Origin: Eledone cirrhosa
Lineage: Eukaryota
Assembly (NCBI GenBank): GCA_964016885.1
Contig: OZ024740.1
Location: 359,972,001-360,036,000 of the forward strand
DNA length: 64,000 nt
Direction: 5' to 3'
Positions 59,467 to 64,000 of the stretch are shown one piece after another. The notes below the pieces were generated by a model. That model was not told the DNA's origin, ran no database searches, and saw only the letters and a list, made by a program, of their open reading frames with translations. The position numbers and the translations under genes are program-made. How positions within the stretch are numbered: position 1 is the first letter of the stretch; every line of letters starts with the position of its first letter.

Positions 59467-59727
59467 TCGAGAATTCTTTTGTTGTAAATACTTATCGGTG
59501 TCTGAAAACTGAAATGTTTACAAACGTTTTGGCGCTAACCTACTTAAAAACAAAAACGGAAAAAACATTCCTGATAGCACACAAATGCGTTGTGTGTATA
59601 AGAGAGAGAGAGCGGAGACGGGGGGTAACCAAAAAAAGTATTCAGATAAATAGAAAATTGGGTTATTTGACAATCTATTTATAGTGAGCATATATTAAGT
59701 TGTATACGAAGCACAAAGTAATTTATA

Positions 59728-62560
59728 CTAGCAGTTTAGCCCGGCGTTGCTCGGGTACGTTCATTTGCTATAAGGTTACATACAGGTAAACGTGGCTTGA
59801 AAGCGAATAAGCTTATCAATTAAGGGCGATATCCAATTTTAGTGGACTAAATGCTGCTTACTTGCTGTAGTTGCTGCTTACTTCAATGTATGAGGCTATT
59901 CCAACAAATTTACATTCCCTTTTTTTTAGCCGTTAAAAGAAATATACATTTATTTATTGGTTTTTTTTTTTGCGATTTATTTGCCACTAGAGCATTAGGC
60001 GGGTAGCGAAAGTAGCAAAAATGGCCCGTGTAAGTGGGCCATCTCTCTATATCGGCTTGTACAGGTAAGAGAAGAAGGGAGCATCCCCCTCTCTCTGTGC
60101 TCCCTGGCAGAAAGGTCGCACACTTTCTACGGGGATGTGTGACCCCAAAAGGCTTCCTCTCTATTGAGGACTTAATTTTTTATATTCCTTTTTAATCACT
60201 CGTTAAATGTTTGTACTTGATTTTTGTAAAAAATTCCCCCGCCTAATGCTCTAGTGGCAAATAAATCGCAAAAAAAAAAAAAAACAAACAAACAAAAACG
60301 TGGCAAATAAAGAAATCTATGCCCCAGTGGCAAATAAATTGCAAAAAAAAAAACAATAAATAAATCTATATTTCTTTTAACGGCTAAAAAAAGGGGAATG
60401 TAAATTTGTTGGAATAGCCTCATACATTGAAGTAAGCAGCAACTACAGCACGTAAGCAGCATTTAGTTCACTAAAATTGGATATCGCCCAATTAAGTGCA
60501 TAATGCAGTTGAACCGGTTATTAAAAGTTACGAACCAATTAGCATTTTGGACAATCAATGATATCTTCCAATAGCGAATTTAGTAAACCAAAGTTGCAAG
60601 ATGGTGGCCCTGATGCCGCTGGGTGTCAGATCTGTCCGCCATGGGTGACCCTACCAGTTTTCCAGATGGCATAGCTCCAACAACTCCAACACCTGCACCA
60701 ACATCTATAGCACCTCTTTGTAGACGATATTGCGTGTCATCCCTTCAGGAGTGTAAGCAAAAAGTCCATTCCTGCTCCCTATGCAGGAACAGGCAACATA
60801 AAGCTGGCCATGGGAGAAGCATGGCTCCCCCCAAATGGATGCCCACAACCGACAATGTTTGCCCTTGTGACTTGTTAATGGACATGGCAAAACATGGTCT
60901 CACCTGGAATTGGGATTGCCGGAAATCGAACAGGATATCTGACGCCGAGGGGAAAAGGTTCATCCTTGGAATGAAAAACATTCTCCCCTCTCCTGCACCC
61001 CGTTACAATGGTGGCTTCAATCAAGTGGGGCGTCAGTGACTTGACGACCATACGAGTACCGTTGCACTGCTTTGGTGGACGCAAGTTCCTTATTAGCATA
61101 ATGGGACAGCCAACCCTAAGTTTAAGAATGTGAGGTGGGAGCCCTGGGGGCTCAAGGGGATTTAATAATTCAACCGGATAATTAACGATATCGTCGGGGT
61201 CTGACATCCGGTCGATAGATTTGAAGATGTGCTCTTTACCGGGAATCTTCTCAATCAGCTGCTCGTTAATAAAATTAACCATGGTATTTTTCGGAGCAAG
61301 GATGGCTCTTTCGCTGAGCCAATCGAGGTTTTTAAAGTTAGATGAGACATTAGGAAAAACTGCTTCCCAAAAGTGAGAAGAGCTGCTCACAATGTTGTAC
61401 AGGGAGTCGATTGTTATGCTGCCCTTGTCATCGGCAGGGACCTTACCCTCACCAAGTGCTAAAATGTTCTGAGAAAATGCTGCAGACATGTTGTCACCAT
61501 GCAAATGAGCACGCATTTTTGTGCCCAGGTACAAACTCTTCACTTGGGGCCACAACATGGACGACTTAAGGCAGGCACGCACTTCATCAGCTCGTCCCTT
61601 TGGGGATGACAGGCAGTGTTTGCCGAAAATCCCCTGATAGCAGAAGGGTTACGCCACCCATAGAAGCTGTAGAATGCCTAATGTCTTTCAGGTTCCTTTC
61701 CAATGCCTCAAGGGCACCCTTGTGTGCCATTCTGCACTCATCCCAAACAACGAGGCAACATTTTTTGAGAACCAGAGCTTCGTGTGAACTCTTGCTGATA
61801 TTGCATGTTGGTGTCTCAGTTTTTACTAAATCCAAGGGGAGTTTAAAGGTAAGTAAAGCAAAGTAGCAGCGATCCCGGACGATGCAATGGCCAACGCAAT
61901 TTTTTTCTCCTGACGAATCTTAGCGAGAATCAATTTCGTTACAAAAGTTTTTCCGGTACCCCCAGGAACATCGAGAAAGTAAATACCCCCAGTCTGATTT
62001 TGAACCGCGTCAATGATAGTTAAATAGGTCAACCTTTGGTCCGACAAGTTTGGGCTCATTTTCCTCTAAGTATTGGGAAAGAGATTCGATGTCAAATGCT
62101 GTTTCCCGCAACAAATCCGGAGCCAATGTGTTAGCTTCCTCTCTGACGGTTGACGGCAAGCCATACGTCGTCAACTCACTCCCACCCATGTCGAGGAGGG
62201 CGTCCTCGATATCAATGAGTGCCCTGTTGTAGATAATGTCGCTGAAACCAACTTCCACCGAAGTATACTGCAGATAAGCCAGGCACAGGAAGTCCTCAGA
62301 CATGAAGTCTCTGTACTTGACCCATAAAGATTTGGGATCACCCAATTCACACTTTTGAAGCAAAATGGCAAAGAGTTCCCGTAGATCTTTAGGTGATTTC
62401 AACAAAGCACCCTCTGCTAAAGTGGAATCCCATTGCGAATCATCTTCCAAAAGACCACGCTTAAAACAGCTTCCCGGTACGTATCACATATTTCTCCATC
62501 AACAGTTTTGAGGTCCTGAAAACTTTGTGGGCCTACAACTTCATGCAGAGGAAGGCGGTG
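59728..62560 (-). mobile_element. Decayed autonomous Helitron (PIF1 helicase region and 3' terminus)
   Basis: GGTGKTF, VVWDECRMAHK, LSGDFRQTLPV, GLPPHILKLRVG and RQSQFQVRPCFAMSINKSQGQTL motifs; 3' hairpin cccgagcaacgccggg plus CTAG at 59728-59731. Confidence 0.9.
59824..60489. mobile_element. MITE with long TIRs (about 180 bp) nested in the Helitron 3' region
   Basis: GGGCGATATCC...GGATATCGCCC termini; AATTAA on both flanks (59818-59823 and 60490-60495). Confidence 0.8.
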
Positions 62561-64000
62561 TAGTGGTTGTGTGTGTATAATGGTGAAATATTGATAAGGC
62601 ATGCGTATGCCGGAAAAATGAATAAGTAGGTGAATGGATTCATTATAAAAATAATTTATTTCACTGGAACTTAATTTGTGGTTATGTACACATCATGCTT
62701 TACTACATACAAAAATGTTTATGTTGACAACTGCTACGAGCTGTTAGAAAATAGAACCAGGATACATTTGTGGAACTGGTGTGTTAGAATGAATATGTTT
62801 GTGTGAGTGTGTGTGTGTAGTTCATCTGACACAGTAGGTCTCTCTGTGTGGTGTCAGACCAGCTTTCTGTCCCGGGTTTCCCTTGACTCTCATATATATA
62901 ATGTTGCGGTGGCTAGAATGATAGACATACCGCAACAGGGTTTCTACGTCCTTCGGTCAATTTGACTTTGGCTTGACCTAGCTGAGGTCGTAGGTCAAAG
63001 GGAGGCGATCAATCACTTTTTGACAGGACAAAGAAAAAACCTTTCTTTGGCGCCTTTCGTCGTGATTTTGAACAGCGAGAATTCTTAGATTCGGTTTCGA
63101 ATCTAGGCTTGGAGAAGGAAGTGTTATTTGTTACACTACCCCACTTCTAGTGAGAAAACCACAGAGATCGAACGATGGTGGAAATGTTTTTTTTTTTGTT
63201 TTTTTTTATGTGTATGCAGAAAAATATACAGTGTAACAGACAAATGAATGTATATCAAAAACATGCAATATAAAAAATATGAAACAAAGTTTTGATGTTG
63301 ATGTGTGCTAAATGGCAGAATTGTTGACGCTTTGAAAGTGGTGTGCGTCTATTAATTACTCGACCCACTAGGGATATAATAGAGGCGAGGCGACTTTCAG
63401 TGGCGCAAAAGATCGAGTGGTAGCACACATGAGAAAGTGACTGTTGTAAGTGTGTGTAAGCATACGGGTAGCAAAATATTTATACAAAATGGCAAAACAT
63501 TTAAAAAAAGAAAGCAAAACATGTGTACACTTTAAAAATGAAAGAAATGTTCATCGAAAAAAGTTCGTTTGTAAAATGTTCAGTAAAAGTTCACGCAGAC
63601 AGTTTTTCGTTGAGACGTTTCTTTGTTTTCCTTTTTTTTTTCTTTTTTTTTTAAATATATATATACCAATGTTCATTGATTTCTTTGAGTCTGTATGTGG
63701 GTGATGCAGTCATGTGAGTTATGTGTTGATGAATGCATTTCATTAAAGAAGATGGGTAGGTTAAGTGTTGGGACTTACCCGAAAAACTTGCATAAACCTT
63801 GCGGGCCATCGAACTGTTCTTCCCGATTTGGTGTGCCGGGGTTGTGCAGAATCTGTGGTGTTTGTTGGAGAGGATGAGTCGGTTCGAAGAACGGAGGGAA
63901 CTGAATTGAGTCCTCCTCGATGAAGGCTTTTTTTAACCGATCGATTGATACCGTATTTCGTTTACCTCTAATATCGAGAACGAAATACTTGGGTTCTCTT

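Noticed and set aside
62690-64000. Structured sequence at the window end (possible LTR or element 5' region)
   Set aside because: Local hairpins only; no paired terminus, TSD or recognisable ORF within the window

Overview
AT-rich, repeat-saturated animal genomic DNA; the SINE/RTE repeat repertoire looks like Octopus (inference from recognised repeat motifs, not a search). There is one probable host coding exon (SPATA2/Tamozhennic-like PUB-domain ORF, 58840-59466, minus). The rest is microsatellites plus nested mobile elements: tRNA-SINEs, non-autonomous and decayed autonomous Helitrons, hAT/Merlin MITEs, a decayed Gypsy LTR element, RTE, CR1-like, R4/Dong-like and CRE-like LINE relics, and Penelope-like elements (PLEs), including an intact Naiad-type GIY-YIG ORF. 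Two signals stand out. (1) A dense set of type I hammerhead ribozyme (HHR) motifs, read by eye, from several unrelated PLE-type terminal repeats, mostly in or beside (TA)n tracts. It includes non-canonical cores, a tandem 593-nt retrozyme-like unit and fold-back palindromes with an HHR on each strand. (2) A 64-bp genomic hairpin (17177-17305) whose 16 mismatches are all G:T and correspond to A>G changes on one strand relative to a sister copy. This is the expected fossil of an ADAR-hyperedited RNA hairpin reverse-transcribed back into the genome.
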